From a virus (Duplodnaviria; Heunggongvirae; Uroviricota; Caudoviricetes): DNA of 6,437 bases. Positions within the stretch are counted from its first letter, which is position 1; each line of letters begins with the position of its first letter. The stretch spans positions 1-6,437 of the IMG/VR virus record IMGVR_UViG_2671181134_000002. One strand, given 5' to 3'. The translations under genes were made by a program, and so were the position numbers. Under the pieces are notes generated by a model, which ran no database searches, was not told where the DNA came from, and was given only the letters and a program-made list of their open reading frames with translations. Positions 4,786 through 6,437 of the stretch are shown in pieces.

Positions 4786-6437
4786 TACCTGTATGGAGCA
4801 CAGCCTGCCCGGACTGGGCAGAGCGCCTGAAAAAGGGGCTGTCGATTATTCCGGATCCGATTTATCCGGACGAGGCCGCACATGCCCTGGCGATTTTTAA
4901 ACAACTGCGGATAGTGGATGCACCTGGTAGCCCTACGTTCGGGGAGTCCTGTGCACCGTGGGTGTTTGACCTGGTGGCGGCCCTGTTTGGCTCCTACGAT
5001 GCGCAGACCGGTGTACGCCATATCAAGGAAGTTTTTATCCTTATCCCCAAGAAAAACAGCAAGTCCACGCTGGCTGCCGGGATCATGATGACGGCGCTGT
5101 TACTGAACTGGCGGCAGGCGGCGGGCTACACCATTCTGGCCCCGACCGTGGAGGTGGCGGCTAACGCCTTCAACCCTGCCAGGGATATGGTTCGACGGGA
5201 CGATGATCTGGATGACCTCTGTCAGGTGCAGACACATATCCGGACCATCACCCATCGGGTGACGGACACCACCCTGAAGGTGGTGGCAGCCGATCCGAAT
5301 ACGGTGTCCGGTATCAAGTCCGTGGGGACACTGATTGATGAACTGTGGCTGTTTGGCAAGCAGTACAAAGCGGAAGACATGTTACGTGAAGCCATCGGCG
5401 GGCTTGCCTCCCGTCCGGAAGGATTTGTGGTGTATACGACCACCCAGTCGAATGAACCGCCCGCCGGGGTGTTCAGACAGAAACTGCAGTACGCCCGGGA
5501 TGTGCGCGACGGCAAAATTCATGATCCGCACTTTCTGCCGGTGATATTTGAACACCCTCCTGAAATGGTGGAAAGCGGAGCTCACCTGCTGATGGAAAAC
5601 CTCGCCATGGTCAATCCGAATCTCGGCTATTCAGTGGATGAGGCTTTTCTGTGCCGGGAGTACCGTAAAGCCCGGGAAGCCGGTGAAGATACATTCCGGG
5701 GGTTCATGTCAAAACACGCCAATGTGGAAATTGGTCTTGCCCTGCGTTCTGACCGCTGGGCGGGTGCGGATTTCTGGGAGCAGCAGGGCAGGCGCGTCAG
5801 CCTGGACGATATCCTGCAGCGCGCTGATGTGGTGACGGTGGGGATTGACGGCGGGGGCCTGGATGATCTGCTGGGAATGTACGTGATTGGCCGTGACAGG
5901 GAAACCCGCGAATGGCTGGGCTGGGGCCATGCCTGGGCGCATGAAACCGCGGTGGTCAGACGGAAGAGTGAGGCATCCCGTTTTCAGGATTTTGTGGCCT
6001 GTGGAGACATGACGATTGTCCGTCGGGTCGGGGATGACACGGCGGAAGTGGCGGAGTATGTGCGTCGTATTCATGAGGCTGAGTTACTGGATCATATCGG
6101 TATTGACCCGTCAGGTGTGGGGCAGATTCTGGATTCACTGGCGGAAGCCGGGATCCCCGACGGAATTGTTGTGGGGATAAGCCAGGGCTGGAAGCTGGGC
6201 GGGGCCATCAAAACCACCGAGCGCAAACTGGCTGAGGGAGTGCTGGTGCATGGTGGTCAGCCACTGATGGCCTGGTGCGTTGGCAATGCCCGGGTGGAGC
6301 CTAAAGGTAACGCCATCCTTATTACCAAACAGGCCAGCGGACGGGGGAAAATTGACCCGCTGATGGCGCTGTTCAATGCGGTATCCCTGATGTCCCTGAA
6401 TCCGGAGCCCAAAAAGAAAGAATATGCGGTTTTTTTC
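4782..6437 (+). CDS. terL: Terminase large subunit, 5' 552 codons (open to the window end)
   Basis: Frame open from ATG 4782 to the end of the window, so absent from the ORF track. Walker A-like VFILIPKKNSKSTLAAG, Walker B-like TLIDELWLF, and nuclease-domain motif VVTVGIDGGGLDD. Start overlaps the terS stop. Confidence 0.9.
   Translation, partial: MIPVWSTACPDWAERLKKGLSIIPDPIYPDEAAHALAIFKQLRIVDAPGSPTFGESCAPWVFDLVAALFGSYDAQTGVRHIKEVFILIPKKNSKSTLAAGIMMTALLLNWRQAAGYTILAPTVEVAANAFNPARDMVRRDDDLDDLCQVQTHIRTITHRVTDTTLKVVAADPNTVSGIKSVGTLIDELWLFGKQYKAEDMLREAIGGLASRPEGFVVYTTTQSNEPPAGVFRQKLQYARDVRDGKIHDPHFLPVIFEHPPEMVESGAHLLMENLAMVNPNLGYSVDEAFLCREYRKAREAGEDTFRGFMSKHANVEIGLALRSDRWAGADFWEQQGRRVSLDDILQRADVVTVGIDGGGLDDLLGMYVIGRDRETREWLGWGHAWAHETAVVRRKSEASRFQDFVACGDMTIVRRVGDDTAEVAEYVRRIHEAELLDHIGIDPSGVGQILDSLAEAGIPDGIVVGISQGWKLGGAIKTTERKLAEGVLVHGGQPLMAWCVGNARVEPKGNAILITKQASGRGKIDPLMALFNAVSLMSLNPEPKKKEYAVFF

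Noticed and set aside
4367-5021. Minus-strand ORFs 4367-4624, 4432-4662 and 4416-5021 across terS and the terL start
   Set aside because: Antisense to terminase genes with strong family signatures; their length is partly inflated by the GC-rich duplicated segment.
5222-6138. Assorted plus- and minus-strand ORFs listed inside the terL region
   Set aside because: The terL frame is open and continuous from 4782 to the window end with ATPase and nuclease motifs; these are out-of-frame or antisense by-products of a GC-rich gene.

Overview
This window reads as the late region of a lambdoid, HK97-type cos-packaging enterobacterial phage or prophage, transcribed mainly left to right. In order: the 3' end of an unidentified AT-rich ORF (1-518) with a doubtful antisense small ORF; an R21-like SAR endolysin (752-1285); an intrinsic terminator; a small C-terminally membrane-anchored protein; a 47-aa ORF coupled to Rz; Rz with embedded Rz1 (1777-2244); a Rha-family gene (2421-2987); a reverse-oriented ribbon-helix-helix gene (3178-3378); an HNH endonuclease (3420-3785); a 289-bp intergenic region full of GTTAAC palindromes (candidate cos/terminase-binding region); terminase small subunit (4075-4785); and the 5' 552 codons of terminase large subunit (4782 to window end). 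The most striking sequence-level observations are a perfect 147-bp in-frame tandem duplication inside terS, the GTTAAC palindrome array, a 21-bp inverted repeat bracketing the rha ribosome-binding site, and a lysis cassette with no holin next to the endolysin. I see no CRISPR array, tRNA or rRNA. All protein identifications rest on motif recognition from the translations, not on database searches. I cannot point to a clearly novel system; the best candidates for something undescribed are the unidentified cargo at 1-750 and the orphan RHH gene.
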